Source of the DNA: Malacoraja senta
Taxonomy: Eukaryota
Assembly: GCA_038087875.1 (NCBI GenBank)
Contig: CM075996.1
Location: 374,001 to 438,000, forward strand
Direction of reading: 5' to 3'
Length of the DNA stretch: 64,000 nucleotides
Position numbers and translations under genes: made by a program. The stretch's first letter is position 1. Each line of letters begins with the position of its first letter. Shown here in pieces: positions 24,598-39,022 of this stretch. Below the pieces are notes generated by a model, which ran no database searches, had not been told where the DNA came from, and saw only the letters and a program-made list of their open reading frames with translations.

Positions 24598-26489
24598 CAA
24601 TAGACAATAGGTGCAGGAGTAGGCCATTCGGCCCTTCGAGCCAGCACCGCCATTCAATGTGATCATGGCTGATCATCCCCAATCAGTACCCCGTTCCTGC
24701 CTTCCCCCCATATCCCCTGACTCCGCCATCTTCAAGAGCCCTATCTAGGATACATAGGATGAGGCATCATGAGCTTCCCACACAAGGTTGCTGTCTGAGT
24801 CTCTCTCAGGAGCTGGGATCGCCCTGGTTCACCACAGGATCTGCCTGTCCCGCCACCCGCCGCTCTCCCTCCCCTCGTCCGAACCGCCGCGGAAAGTTCC
24901 GGAAAGATCCGGCAGCCGCGTCCCCCCGGCCACCGTCTCGGAGGTAATCTCCCTCTCGGATAATCTCGTGTAAGTCAGAAAGTCAACTTCCTTTTAATAT
25001 AAGCCAGGGATCAGCGGTGTGGAAGCAAGGCGTTTCCACGGCAACGGGACTCTAATAAAAGGTTCATATTTTCCTTTCGTAGCAGACAGTCTCCCCGCTG
25101 AGGCTTCGAAAGGCGACCAGCAAAAATCCTGGCTGTCTCACTTCAAGTATGAACATTGACTTCCCTAACTTCAAGTAACCCTTCCTTCCCCTCTCTCTCC
25201 ATACCCTCTTCCAGTTCTCCCACCACCCCTACCGTCTCCGACTACATTTGATCTCTGTTTGCTTTGTTGTTACCTTCTCCCAACTAACTACGACCTATTC
25301 TACTTTTGCCTAGATCCACATTCCCTTTGTCCTATTTTCACACCTTACTCTTCCTTATCTATGTACCTCCCACTCCCCTGACATCAGTCTGAAGACGGGT
25401 CTCGACCCAAAACGTCGGCCATTCCTTCTCTCCAGAGACGCTGCCAGCATTGGACCCCTTATTTAAGACCATTTATGCATTGATTTAGGTTTGTTTTTGT
25501 CACATGTACCGAGGTACAGTGAAGAACTTTGTACTGCACGTTATCCAACAGAGGTCTCTGAGACAAGATAGACACAAAAAACTGAAGTTACTCAGCGGGA
25601 CAGGCAGCATCTCTGAAGAGCAGGATTGGGCGACGTCACCCATTCCTCCTCTCCAGAGACGTTGCCTGTCCCGCTGAGTTCCTCCAGCATTTTTTGTGTC
25701 TATCTTCGATCTAAACCAGCCACACCGGTTATTTTTTTGGGGGCAAGTTAAGCCTTTGTTTGACGCCGCGTTAAACCCCCTCACTGCCGACTCGAACGCC
25801 CTCACAAAATAACGAAGACAACAACAGAATTGGAGGTGAAGACAATATCAGGTTCAGTCTGCAGCAGGATGGCGCCCCAAACGTCACCCTATCTCCCCCA
25901 CCTTTCCTTCTCTCCAGTAGATGCTGCCTGTCCCCACTGAGCTACTCCAGCCTCTCGCGTCGATCTTGGGTCCCTAGTCTGTTTTGGAAAGAGGCGTCCC
26001 TTCGAAGTAATCGGAAGGGTGTGCATTTCTGTAGCACCCTTCTCATCCCCTCTGCAGGACATCCTGATGCACCCTCAGAGCTGAGACACAGGTCACTGTA
26101 GAACCTCAGTTCAGTTTATTGAACTAAATGGATAGGACAGGTCTGGAGGGATACGGACCAAAATGCTGGCAGGTGGGGCCAGTGTAGCTGGGACATGTCG
26201 GCCGGCGTGGGCAAGTTGGGCCGAAGGGCCTCTTTCCACGCTGCATCTTCACACTGAAGAAGGGTCTCGACCCGAAACGCTACCCATTCCTTCTCTCCGG
26301 AGATGCTGCCGGACCCGCTGAGTTACTCCAGCTTTTTGTGTCTATCTGGAGAGATGTCTATCTCCGTTCTGCATGGGCAGAGGGTGGAGGAGGACAGGCG
26401 AGGGAGAGATGGGGGAACTCCTTGTGAGGGCTCCATCAACTTCATAATAATGCGTTTCATCATTTCTCAGTGAGAACTGTGAAAATCAC

Positions 26490-27260
26490 CTCTTTTTCTT
26501 TATAAACCAAAAATAAATGTAACCATTTATTTACAATAATACGTACAATACAAAACAATCAGGCAGCCCGAAGAAGGGTTTCGGCCCGAAACGTTGCCTA
26601 TTTCCTTCGCTCCATAGATGCTGCTGCACCCGCTGAGTTTCTCCAGCATGTTTGTTTACCCAAAACAATACAAACAATCCCACCACCGTGACAATAGTAA
26701 AAGAAATATTCTTAAATGACTATTTCACCATCCTTGTCAAGATACATTCCAACTCCCCCCCCCCTCCCCCAGCAGTCCCGGAAATCCCCCCGGGTGCCCG
26801 GGGACAGCGCGTAGTCCCTCTCTAGTGCCACCCGGGCGCGGACGTAACCCCTGTTAAGGGGCAGGCAGCCGGCTCGGGCAGAGCCCTCTTCCGCCTGGCG
26901 CCGTGACTCGCGGATGGCCAGCTCGGCCAGGGCCCAGGAGCAACCCAACCAGGACACCTTCAGCCCCAAACCCTCTCCCCAACCGCACTGGGGTGGCCAA
27001 AGATGAGGGTGGGTGGTGGGTGTGAAGTGAAGAGGAGCCAGAAGGCAAGGAGCAGCCCCCTTTAGGTATTGGGAACAGGGGCGGCAGCCCTCACGCACTC
27101 CATGTCCACGTGGATCACAAATTCGTCCCGCCCGCAAAAATGGCAGGAGGCCCGCGAGTCGGTGAACCGCGAGAGGAACGGGTTGCAGGGGACTCCTCAG
27201 CGCAGTACCTTCCTAACTCCCGCTCAGGCAGAAGTGAAAATCACCTCTCGTGTCGCTCGT
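26490..27260 (-). mobile_element. Tx1-like (L1 clade) LINE remnant; related decayed copy at ~20670-21100
   Basis: ORF end LAIRESRRQAEEGSARAGCLPLNRGYVRARVALERDYALS..DFRD.W; interrupted by a small PLE at ~26560-26660. Confidence 0.65.
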
Positions 27261-28931
27261 CATCGTCATCGTCGTCGTCGTCATCATCACCTCCCTCCCT
27301 CCCCCCAGCATCTGAGAGCAAGGTCAGGCTGAACTTGACAGCCCAACACTCCCGTATCCCGGCATCCACTCCGCCATCTCACTCGCGGTGTGATCAGAGC
27401 GCTAAATGCCGTCCTGCGAGCCCGATCAGTTGGCCAGACAAGCAGGACGAAAACCAGAGATGGCAAAACGTTGAATGCCTGATCAGGCTTTAGAGATACA
27501 GCGCGGGAAACAGGCCCTTCGGCCCGCGCCGACCAGCGATCGCCCCGTACACGAGCTCTATCCTACACGCACTCGGGACAATTTGCAATTTTTACAGGAG
27601 CCAATTATGCTACAAATCTGCACGTTTTTGGAGTGTGGGAATAAACCCATGCGGTCACAGGGAGAAGGTCGTAAGATCATGTGATAGGAGCAGAATTAGT
27701 CTACTCCATCATTCAATCATGGCTGATCTATCTCCCCCACCTAACCCCATTCTGCTGCCTTCTCCCCATAACCCCTGACACCCGTACTAATCAAGAATCT
27801 GTCAATCTCTGCATTAACAATATCCATTGACTTGGCCGCCACAGAAGGCTGTGCACAGATTCACCACCTGACTGAAGAAATTCCTCTTTATCTCCTTCCT
27901 AAAGGTACATCCTTTAATTCTGAGGCTGTGCCCTCTGGTCCTAGACTCTCCCACTAGTGGAAACATCCTCTCCGCATCCACTCTATCCAGGCCAAGAACA
28001 AACAAACTCCGCAACCCACAGTCGACATCGACCAGCGATCACCCGCTCTATCTTACACACCGAAGGCTATTAACCTACAAGCCTGCACGTCTTTGGAGTG
28101 TGGGGAGGAAACCGGAGCACCCGGAGAAAACCCACGCAGGTCACGGGGAGAAGGTACAAACTCTGTACAGACTGCACCCGTAGTCAAGATTGAACCCGTG
28201 TCTCTGGCGCTGTGAGGCCGCGTTGCTCTATAATGTGCCGCCCTTTTAACAAAAAAAAAAGCTCAGCTAATTTTTCTCTGGGACTTACCCAGAATTTTTT
28301 TTATTGCTAAATCAATTTGCCCGATATCGAGTGCAGCAGCTTGCTTTAAGAGATGATAAGTACTCCAGGAAGATCTAACACTTTCATGCCTATCATACAT
28401 ATTTCTGACACCATCCTCATTAACTCTTTAAATACTTGCAGTGGAGAGGGAAGGCCGCAGACCATTCGGCCCGCATCCCTGTACGCACCGGTTGGCACGG
28501 TGGCGCAGCGGTAGAGTTGCTGCCTCACAGCGCCAGAGACCCAGGTCCGATCCTGACTACGGGTGCTGTCTTTACGGGGTTCGCCCTTTGACCTTGTGGG
28601 TTTTCTCCGGGTGCTCCGGTTTCCTCCCACGCTCCAAAGACTTACAGGTTTTAGGTTAATTGGCTTTTATAAATAGTGTAGGATGCTGTCGAACTGAGGG
28701 GGGGGGGGGGAACTGCAGGTGCTGGTTTACACCAAAGATAGGCGCAAAGTGCTGGAGTAACTCAGCGGGTCAGGCAGCATCTCTGGAGGAAAAGGAATAG
28801 GTGACGTTTTGGGCGGGGACCCTTCTTCTGGCTGAAGGCAGCAGGTAGGGGGAAGAACTAAAGATTTTTAGACAAAATGTTGGAGTAACTCAGCGGGACA
28901 GGCAGCATCTCTGGAGAGAGGGAATGGGTGA

Positions 28932-29131
28932 NNNNNNNNNNNNNNNNNNNNNNNNNNNNNNNNNNNNNNNNNNNNNNNNNNNNNNNNNNNNNNNNNNNNN
29001 NNNNNNNNNNNNNNNNNNNNNNNNNNNNNNNNNNNNNNNNNNNNNNNNNNNNNNNNNNNNNNNNNNNNNNNNNNNNNNNNNNNNNNNNNNNNNNNNNNNN
29101 NNNNNNNNNNNNNNNNNNNNNNNNNNNNNNN
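28932..29131. other. Assembly gap (200 N)
   Basis: Run of N. Confidence 1.
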
Positions 29132-29408
29132 ACAAACCTGCACGTCTTTGGAGTGCGGGAGGAAACCGGAGCATCCAGAGAAAACCCACGCGGGTCACGG
29201 GGAGAACGTACAAACTCTGCACAGACAGCGCCCGTACCTGCCTCAGTTAACTCCTCCGGCAGCTCGTTCCATACACCCACCACCCTTTGTGTTAAGAAAT
29301 GGCCATTAAATCTTCCCCCCCCCTCCCCCCCACCCCATACCTCAAACCTGCATCCTCTGGCTGTCGATTCCCCTGCTCTGAACAAAAGACTCTGCATGTT
29401 TACCCAAT

Positions 29409-30017
29409 CTAGAAGGAGCAAAGAGGACCTTCTGCAGTTGTACAGGGCCCTAGTGAGACCACACCTGGAGCATTGTGTGCAGTTTTGGTCCCCAAATTTG
29501 AGGAAGGACATTCCTGCTATTGAGGGAGTGCAGCGTAGGTTTACAAGGTTAATTCCCGGGATGGCGGGACTGTCATATGCTGAGAGAATGGAGCGGCTGG
29601 GCTTGTACACACTGGAGTTTAGAAGGATGAGAGGGGATCTCATTGAAACATATAAGATTGTTACGGGTTTGGACACGCTAGAGGCAGGAAACATGTTCCC
29701 GATGTTGGGGGAGTCCAGAACCAGGGGCCACAGTTTAAGAAAAAGGAGTAAGCCATTTAGAACGGAGACGAGGAAACACTTTTTCTCACAGAGAGTGGTG
29801 AGTCTGTGGAATTCTCTGCCGGAGGCCGGTTCTCTGGATACTTTCAAGAGAGAGCTAGATAGGGCTCTTAAAGATAGCGGAGTCAGGGGATATGGGGAGA
29901 AGGCAGGAACGGGGTACTGATTGGGGATGATCAGCCATGATCACATTTAATGGCAGTGCTGGCTCGAAGGGCCAAATGGCCTACTCCTGCATCTATTGTC
30001 TATTGTCTATTGTCTAT
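29409..30017 (+). mobile_element. CR1-clade LINE 3' fragment (HER1-like) nested in a minus-strand CR1 of another subfamily
   Basis: LYRALVRPHLEHCVQFWSP...RRMRGDLIETYKI...FFSQRVVSLWNSLP; (CTATTGT)n tail. Confidence 0.92.
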
Positions 30018-31047
30018 TATCTATTCCTCACATGATTTTGTGCACCTCTGCGAGATCACCCCTCATCCTCCTGTGCTCCAAGGAAGAAAGTCCCAGCCTG
30101 CTCAACCTCTCCCGACAGCTCAGGTCCTCAAGTCCTGGCGACATCCTTGTAAATCTTCTCTGCGCCCTTTCCAGCTTGACAACATCTTTCCTATAACATG
30201 GGGGGACCAAAACTGAACACAACGCTGGTGGGGGGAGGGGGGGGGGGGAAGAGGTTCTGACTGTCTACCCTATCTCTGCCTCACATAATTCCTCCTGAAA
30301 CTATTGCCACAAATAATAGGGATGAAAACGATATTTGTCATCGACCGAAGACAGACGCAAAGAGCTGGAGTAACTCAGCGGGTCAGGCAGCATCTCCGGA
30401 GGAAAGGAATGGGTGACGTTTGAGGTCGAGACCCCTCTTCAGACTGAGAGTCAGGGGAGAGGGGAACGAGAGATACAGACGGCATATTGGACAACCGCAT
30501 GAAGGATATGCACAGAGGGGCAGCAGCACAGAGGGTGTGTTGCAGAACCCTCGTAGAAACATAGACAATAAGTGCAGGAGTAGGCCATTCGGCCATTCGA
30601 GCCAGCACCGCCATTCAACATGATCATGGCTGATCATCCAGAATCAGTACCCCGTTCCTGCTTTCTCCCCATATATCCCTTGATTCCATTAGCCCGAAGA
30701 GCTAAATCTAACTCTCTCTTGAAAACATCAGTGAATTGGCCTCCGCTGCCCTCTGTGGCAGAGAATTCCACACATTCACAACTCTCTGGGTGAAAAGGTT
30801 CTTCCTCATCTCAGTCCCAAATGGCATACCCCTTAATCTTAAACTGTGTGACCCCTGGCTCTGGACTCCGCCAACATCGGGACCATCTTGCCTGCATCTG
30901 GCCTGTCCAATCCCTTAAGAATTTTACGTGTCTGTAAGATTCCCTCTCATCCTTCCAAATTCCAGTGAATATATTAGCCCAGTTGATCCATTCCTTAACT
31001 CTCTTCGGAGAGAGGAGGAGAACTTCTTCAAATTAGGCACACCTGGA

Positions 31048-31265
31048 AGGGCCTGTCCCACTCAGGCGATTTTTTGGGCGACTACAGGCGACTGCCGCAA
31101 AATTTTCAACAGGTCGAAAAATTTTCGGGGACAGTGGCGACAATATTTGCTGTCGTAGGTTGACGTAGGTGATGTCATAGGTTGTCGCCAGGTTAACGTA
31201 GGTGAATTCCATTAAAACTAGTCCCAGGCAGTTGCCTAAAGAGTCACCTGAGTGGGACAGTCCCA
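31048..31265. mobile_element. PIF/Harbinger-type MITE (internal family 3)
   Basis: AGGGCCTGTCCCACTCAGGCGA ... TCACCTGAGTGGGACAGTCCCA; imperfect GGA/TGA flanks. Confidence 0.75.
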
Positions 31266-31782
31266 TGAGGAGATTTCGCAGAGGAGCTGACAAAACGTGT
31301 TGGGGAGGAACTGCAGATGCTGGTTGACAGCGAAGACAGACACACAAAGCTGGAACAACTCAGCTGGCCAGGCGGCGCCTCTGGAGACGAGGGTTCGCTG
31401 ACGTTTCGGGTCGAGACCCTTCTTCGCTGTTCTTCGGAAAGCAGGACGTGACCCTGGAACAGTTTAATTGCAGTCCGCGTCCCCGGCAGACAGTCGCATG
31501 AAATGTTGCTGAAACTTTGCATGGAACCGCTGCTGAGGGAAGGCTCTAATGATGCAGAGTCACCCGGCCCTAATTAATTCCTTCATCCGCCAGCCATTTG
31601 TCGCAAAGATCTGCAGGGTCCAAGTTAACAACTTGGCCCGCAACAAAGCTTTATGCATGGATGTAAATTAAGGCCTCAAGGAATGGTTGAAGTCGGGACT
31701 GGCGATGGTCTCCTTGCAGTGAGGCGATTTGTCATTTGTCTGCGTTAGCACCAGCTTCATTAATTTCTTTCCAAATAACGAG

Positions 31783-32088
31783 GGTCATAGTGGCACAGCG
31801 GTACAGTTGCTGCCTCGCAGCGCCAGAGGCCCCGGTTCGATCCTGACTACGGGTGCTTGTCTGTACGGAGTTTGCACGTTCTCCCCGTGACCTGCGTGGG
31901 TTTTCCCTGAGAACCTCAGTTTCCACCCACGCTCAAAAGACGTGCAGGTTTGTAGGCTAATTGGCCTGGTATAAATGTAAAAATTGTCCCTAGTGGGTGC
32001 AGGATAGTGTTAATGTGCTGGGGATCGCTGGTCGGCGCGGACTCAATGGGCCGAAGGGCCTGTTTCCGTGCTGTATCTGTAAACTTAA
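31783..32088 (+). mobile_element. HE1-like V-SINE
   Basis: Full head-V-tail structure. Confidence 0.88.
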
Positions 32089-32143
32089 ACGAGAGAGTGG
32101 GAGAGAGACATGGACTAATAGCCTGCAATTAACCACAATGCCT

Positions 32144-32314
<171 letters not shown>

Positions 32315-32315
32315 G

Positions 32316-32620
32316 TTTAAGTTTAGAGATACAGCGCGGAAACAAGCCCTTCGACCTACCGAGTCCGCGCCGACCAGCGATCCCCGCGCATTAACAGTAC
32401 TCCACATGCACTGGGGAACAATCTTTACATGTATACAATTTATACCGAGCCAATTAACCTACAAACCTGTACGTCTTTGGAGTGCAGGAGGAAATCGGAG
32501 CACCCGGAGAAAACCCACGCGGGTCACTGGGGAGAACGTACAGACTCCGTACAGACAGCGCCCGTAGTCAGGATGGAACCCGGCTCGCTGGCGCTGTGAG
32601 GCAGCAACTCTACACCTGCG
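32316..32620 (-). mobile_element. HE1-like V-SINE
   Basis: Full structure, tail-to-tail with 31783-32088. Confidence 0.88.
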
Positions 32621-33166
32621 GCAGCTTTCAGAAGGGGCCTAATCAATGAATCCTACTGTCCTTTCTCCTTCTCTTCAATCCTACAAATATTTCCCTTCGT
32701 ACATCGCAGAGGGCGGTGGAGGCGGGTTCTCTGGATGCTTTCAAGAGAGAGAGAGAGCTAGATTGGGCTCTTAAAATAGCGGAGACAGGGGATATGGGGA
32801 GAAGGCAGGAACGGGGTACTGATTGGGGATGATCAGCCATGATCACATTGAATGGCGGTGCTGGCTCGAAGGGCCGAATGGCCTACTCCTGCACCTGTTG
32901 TCTATTGTCTACATCCTTTGGAAGTGTTTACCATCTCCCCTCCAAAAGTCCCATGTTGTCCAGGGATGCTGCCTGACCCGCTGAGTTACTCCAGCAATTT
33001 GTGTCTTTTTTCTCCAAAGGTTCCTGTTGGTTTCATTGATTCATGAACCACCCCCCCCCCCCTCTCGCTCACTCCCCCTCCTCCCTGCACCCCCCCCCCC
33101 CTTCCCAGCAGTGCGATCCAGGCCGCAACACACTACAGATATATATTCTCCATACTCCCCACTTCT

Positions 33167-33635
33167 TTCTTTCTTTTAAAATCCTTCCCAAAACAAAAAA
33201 CAAGGCAACAAAAAGAACAATGATAAACATCACAACGATATTGATACATAGGGATCAGGGGTTACATTAATGGCAGGTAGAACCTAAATATGAGACCAGT
33301 GTCAAAATACACCTTGAATATAGAGTCCTCTATGTAAATATAGTTAATTGTTTAAAAGAAAACTTATATATAAAAAAATCCAAAAAAGATAAAAAGAAAA
33401 AAAAGGAAAAAAAGGAAAAAACAAAACCCCCCGCTAAACTAGAAATAAATGTCAACAATTTAAGTCCCTGTTTGTCGTCAAGTCCGTTCCACCGTATAAA
33501 GGTAAACAAATTATTATAACGGTTGGAGAGGGGACAATTTATGTCGTATGAAAATGTTAAATATATCTCCCCCAAGTCCTATCAAATTTAACCAAGGGTT
33601 GAACAATGTCACTCCTAATTGTTTGTAAATTTAAA
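33167..33635 (-). mobile_element. 5'-truncated L1-clade LINE (ORF2 end plus T-rich 3' UTR), 16-bp TSD
   Basis: CATACTCCCCACTTCT at 33151-33166 and 33636-33651; minus strand CLNLQTIRSDIVQPLVKFDRTWG resembles fish L1 ORF2 C-termini. Confidence 0.75.
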
Positions 33636-35084
33636 CATACTCCCCACTTCTATCGCTGATGATTTTGAACTCCGAGCAGCTTAATTGCTTCGAGGTTTGT
33701 GATGTATGTGGTTCCGCACCAAGTGTTTCAGAGGATGTTTAAGGGAAGGACCATCACAATTGGGAGTTTCGTCGTGGTTCAGTTTGTTCCTGTCACGTGC
33801 ACCGAGGAACAGCGAAAAGATTTTTGGCTTGCCCGCTAACCAGCCAGCGGAAAAAACTATCGGTGTAGGGAGGAACGACAGGCAGATGCTGGTTTAAACT
33901 GAAGACAGACACAAAACGCTGGGGTAACTCAGCGGGACAGGCAGCCGGCTCCGGAGAAAAGGGACGGGTGACGTTTCGGATCGAGACCTTCTTCGGACGT
34001 CTCGACCCGAAGCGTCACCCATCCCTTCTCTCCAGAGATGCTGCCTGTCCCGCCGAGTTACCCCAGCGTTTTGTGTCTATCTTCGGTGTAAACCGGCTCC
34101 TGCAGTTCCTTCCTGCACGTTTCACCTTGCCGCGGGTTTGCTGAGCCTCTTTGATCCTTTCACAGGAATGTGCCATTGGTTTAGTTTAGTTCAGAGAGGC
34201 AGTGTGGAAACAGGCCCTTCGGTCCACTGAGTCCACGCCGACCAGCGATCCCCCGCACACTGGCAGTATCCGCGACAATTTCACACACACACCAAGCCGA
34301 TCAACCTACAAACCCGTACGTCTTTGGAGTGTGGGGGGGGGGGGGAAACCGAAGATCTCGGGATAAAACCCACGCAGGTCACGGGGGAAGAACGTACAAA
34401 CTCCATGCAGGCAGCACCCGTAGTCAGGATCGAACCCGGGTCTCTGGCGCTGTCAGCTCTGTAAGGCAGCAACTCTACCGCTGACAGTGTTGCAAGCTTT
34501 CAGGTTTCACTCCTGGACTCGATGCAATAGTACCTCCAATGACCTGACCGGATCATCGTTGGAGATACATGTATAATCACATCACTCTTTGATATTCTCC
34601 TGTTTATCGCTTGAAGGGCTTAAGCGATTTACACAAAGTTCTGATATTATCAGCTATTATTCAAGCATCCTATTTTCAAATGTCAGATTTGCTCAGTGGT
34701 GTTAACACACAAGCTCTGTCATGTTTTTTAAACCCTCTCCGTAAGGCCGAACCATAATATTGTTTTTGCTCTCGCTCATCTGCATCTAGAGTCTAGACCA
34801 GTCTCCCCTCCAGATTTAACATGAGTTTAGAAGGACGAGGGGGGGGGGGGGGAAACCTCATCGAACCTTGCCGAATGGTGAAAGGCCTGGATAGAGTGGA
34901 TGTGGGGAGGATGTTTCCACTAGTGGGAGAGGCCAGGACCAGAGAGCGCAGCCTCAGAATAAAAGGACGTTCCTTTAGGAAGGAGATGAGGAGGAATTTC
35001 TTTAGTCAGAGGGTGGTGAATCTGTGGAATTCTTTGCCACAGAAGTCAATGGCTATTTTTAAGGCAGAGATAGATAGACTCTTG

Positions 35085-35268
35085 AAGGTAGATACAAAAT
35101 GCTGGAGAAACTCAGCGGGTGAGGCAGCATCTATGAAGAGATGGGATAGTCTCGACCCGAAGCGTTGCCTATTCCTTCTCTCCATAGATGTTGCCTCACC
35201 CGCTGAGTTTCTCCAGCATTTTGGACCTACCTTCGACTTTGCCAGCATCTGCAGTTCTTTCTTAAACA
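35085..35268. mobile_element. Palindromic mini-PLE (subfamily B), 14-bp TSD, inside a CR1 3' end
   Basis: TAGAT(A/G)GACTCTTG at 35071-35084 and 35269-35282; ends ...TTCTTAAACA. Confidence 0.85.
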
Positions 35269-35868
35269 TAGATGGACTCTTGATTCGTACGGGTGTCAGG
35301 GGGCGAAGGCAGGAGAATGGTGTTCGGAGGGAGAGATAGATCAGCCATGATTGAACGGCGGAGTAGACTTGATGGGCCGAATGGCCTAATTCTGCTCCTA
35401 TCACTTGCAAAATTATGAACATAGAACATGGGGCAGTACAACACCGAAACAGGCCCTTCGGCCCACAATATCTGTGCAGAGCATGATAATAATAATAATA
35501 ATACATTTTATTTATATAGCGCTTTTCAGGACTCAAAGTCGCTTGATGCCGAGATAAACTATTCTCATCTGCCTGAATGTGATCCACATCCCTCCATTCC
35601 CTGCATATCCGATCTGACTCTCCACAAGCCTGTTAAACGCCACTCTCGTCTCTGCCTCCACCACCACCACGTCTGGCAGCGCTCAGTCACCCTGTGTGTA
35701 AAACAAATCTTTCCCCACTCATCTTCTTTAACCTTTGCCCCTCTCCCCGTAAAGCTGTGGTCGTAGAGTCACACAGCACGTAAACAGGCCCTTCGGCCCA
35801 ACTAGCCCGTGCCGACCAAGCCGCCCCATCATCTCCACTGGTCCCACCTTGGCCCGTATCCCTCCAAA

Positions 35869-36170
35869 CGGCACGGCGGCGCAGCGGTAGAGTTGCTGCC
35901 TCACAGCGAGCGCAGCGCCGGAGACCCGGGTTCGATCCCGACTCTCTGTACGCAGTTTGCACATTCTCCCCGTGACCTGCGCGGGTTTTTCCGAGATCTT
36001 CTGTTTCCTCCCGCACTCCAAAGACGTACAGGTTTGTAAGTTGATTAGCTTGGCGTATGTGTAAAAATGTCCCTAGTGGGCGTAGGATAGTGTTAATTTG
36101 CGGGGATCGCTGGTTGGCGCGGACCCGGTGGGCCGAAAGGGCCTGTTTCCGTGCTGCGTCCCTAAACTAA
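35869..36170 (+). mobile_element. HE1-like V-SINE
   Basis: Full structure; tail interrupted by a Harbinger MITE. Confidence 0.88.
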
Positions 36171-36408
36171 AGGGCCTGTCCCACTTGGCGGTTTTTTTCG
36201 GCGACTGCCGGCGGCATATCAGTGACGCCAAAAGATTTTGAACATTTCAAAATCCGGCGGCGACGAAAAAAATGTTGCGACGCTTGAAAAAACACAGCGC
36301 GGGTCAAACGTCATCACGCCGCATCACGCCGCGCATTTTTCGGTGACCTGATACGTCAGTCAATGATGACGGCAGTCGCCGTAAAAATCGCCAAGTGGGA
36401 CAGGCCCT
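36171..36408. mobile_element. PIF/Harbinger-type MITE (internal family 4)
   Basis: TIR AGGGCCTGTCCCACTTGGCG..; TAA TSD at 36168-36170 and 36409-36411. Confidence 0.88.
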
Positions 36409-39022
36409 TAAAAGAAACTAAACCTGTCCTTTCTCGTCTTTGACATTTTCATCCAGGACAAAAAACCTCCTGATTGTCTGTCCTAAGCTAAATCACATGT
36501 TGGGTCTTTGTGCGTTGGTCACCCAGCCGGTCAATAACCTGCCTTGGGATGTGCTCTTTTGTGCTTCAGCAAAAAAAACGTGACTGTATGATTCCCCTTT
36601 GTCAAACGCTGGCATCCCTGTTGTGTTTCGTTTCTCTGGTGCCTCCTGGACAATTCTCACTGATCTCGGCTGCACTCGGAAAAATGCAAAAAAATCTGTT
36701 TCACAAAGTGCAGAAATAGAAATGAACAAAATGGAGGCGCGTCGGGCGGCACGGTCGGTGGCGCAGCGGTAGAGTCGCTGCCTGTATCCGTCTGTCTCTT
36801 CTGAAGAAAGGACCCAAAACGTCATCCATCCATGTTCTCCAGAGATGCTGCCTGACCTGCTGAGTTACTCCGGCATTTTGTGTGTTTTGGTTTGTAAGCC
36901 TGCATCTGCAGTTGCTTGTCTCCACTTATCACTTGCCTGGCTTTGTCCTGCCCCCACCTCTCTTCCAGCTCTCTCCCCCTCCGAATAGAATTGGTCTGAA
37001 GAGGTTTTCGTTTTGTTTCGCCACACTAGGGACAATTTACATTTATACCAAGCCAATGCCACAGTGGCACAGCGGTAGAGTCACTGCCTTACAGCGCTTG
37101 CAGCCCCGGAGACCCGGGTTCGATCCCGACTACGGGCGCTGTCTGTACGGAGTTTGTACGTGACCTGCGTGGGTTTTCTCCGAGATCTTCGGTTTCCTCC
37201 CGCACTCCAAAGACGTGCAGGTATGTAGGTAAAATTGGCTTGGTAAATGAGGTGAAAAAAATGTCTCTAGTATGTGTAGGATAGAGTTAGTGTGCGGGGA
37301 TCGCTGGTCGGCGCGGACCCAGTGGGCCTGTTTCCACGCTGTATCTCGAAACTCAACTCAACTGTAAATTAACCCACAAACCAGCACGTCCTTGGAGTGT
37401 GGGAGGGAACCGAAGATCTCGGAGAAAACCCACGCGGGTCACGGGGAGAACGATTGTTCGGTAAAGGTTTCTCCACTGCCACAAATTGCTTCCACCTTTT
37501 TCTTTGGCAAATCTGCTGCTGAAGAGCAACATTTACAGAGGCTTCACAAACACTGCTTAGACTTCTCGCGGCATAGCCTTCCCTTCTGTGAAGTAATCAC
37601 ACCACTGGAGTTTCTTTGATCAACGGCATTGGCTTCAAGCTTGCAACTGAGGATATGGCCGTCTTCACTAGCATTTAATGCATTTGGCGTGTTTTGAATT
37701 GACATATGTACGATGGATAGCTTCCATTACATCTGTAACAACAGACTGCATCTCTCTTTGGATGCTGCCCTGTAGCTGTTGGTTTTGTATCACTCATAGA
37801 GTCATAGAGAGATACAGCGTGGAAACAGGCCCTTCGGCCCACACCGGCCAACATGTCCCAGCTACACTAGTCCCACCCTCCCACGTTTGGCCCATATTCC
37901 TCCAAACCTGTCCTATCCATGTAGCTGTCAAACTGTTTCTTAAACGTTGGGATAGTCCCTGCCTCAACCGCCTCCTCTGGCCGCTCGCTCCATACACCCA
38001 ATCTAATTGAAGTTCCTTGGATGCGGCAAGGGGTTTGGATGCCTGGGTCCAAATTCTCCACCGTTCTCGTCTGAATTTTGCAGTGTGTGAAAAAGTCACC
38101 CCTTTCGCCCCTTCGCCTTAAACCTATGTCCTCTGGTCCTCGATTCCCCGACTCTGGGCAAGAGACCCTGTGCGTCTACCTGATCTATTCCCCTCATGAA
38201 TTTATAGACCTCTATAAGATCACCCCTCATCCTCCAGCTCTCCATGGAATAGAGTCCCAGCCTACTCAACCTCTCCCAACAGCTCCGACCCTCCAGTCCT
38301 GGCGACATCCTTGTAAATTTTCTCTGTACCTTATACAGCGATGATTAATGTGCCTAGTATTGCATGGATTTCTTTCGCACTTTTTAATGTCATCTCCATA
38401 GATAACACAAGGCCCGTTGTGATATTTGGTGCGCATAATAAATTTGACTGAGTTGATTCATCAATCAAATTTGCCACTGAAAGGCCAACACAGAGGAACA
38501 TCGATGCGGCTGTCTTTGGAGAGACTTTTCAGTGGAGTGATATATTCACTGACGGTGTTACCTAACTTCAAGTTCAAGGTCATGTTCTTGTCACATGCAC
38601 CGATTGTACAGTGAAATTTGAGTTACCGTACGAATAAAAAGAACGCAATACACGGTAGAATTTAACATAAACATCCCCACACAGCGGAATCAACGTTTCT
38701 CACTGTGATGGAAGGCAATAAAGTTCAGTCAATCTTCCTCCTTTGTTCACCCGTGGTCGGGGCCTTCGAACCCTCCGCAGTCGGCCGCTACGGACGGCCC
38801 AATGTACAGGCCCCCTCTCGCCGGGGTGATCGAAACTCCGGCGTCGGAACGGAGGGACGCACTCTGCGGCGTGGAGTTCCCGAATCGGCCACAGAGACCG
38901 CGGCTTCCGAAGTCCGCAGGCAGAGCCGGGCAGAGCTCCGACACTGGCGCTCCCCGGCAAGGGGTTTGGATTTTGAAGCGTAGTGGGACATTCTGGACAG
39001 GAGAGTTTAGTTTGGTTTAGAG

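Noticed and set aside
27258..27290. Poly-Ser/His/Arg coding stretch
   Set aside because: (TCG/TCA)n microsatellite next to a Tx1-like remnant, with no splice or homology support.
28858..29920. ~330-aa ORFs on both strands
   Set aside because: Inflated by the N gap; the real part is a CR1 ORF2 C-terminal fragment.
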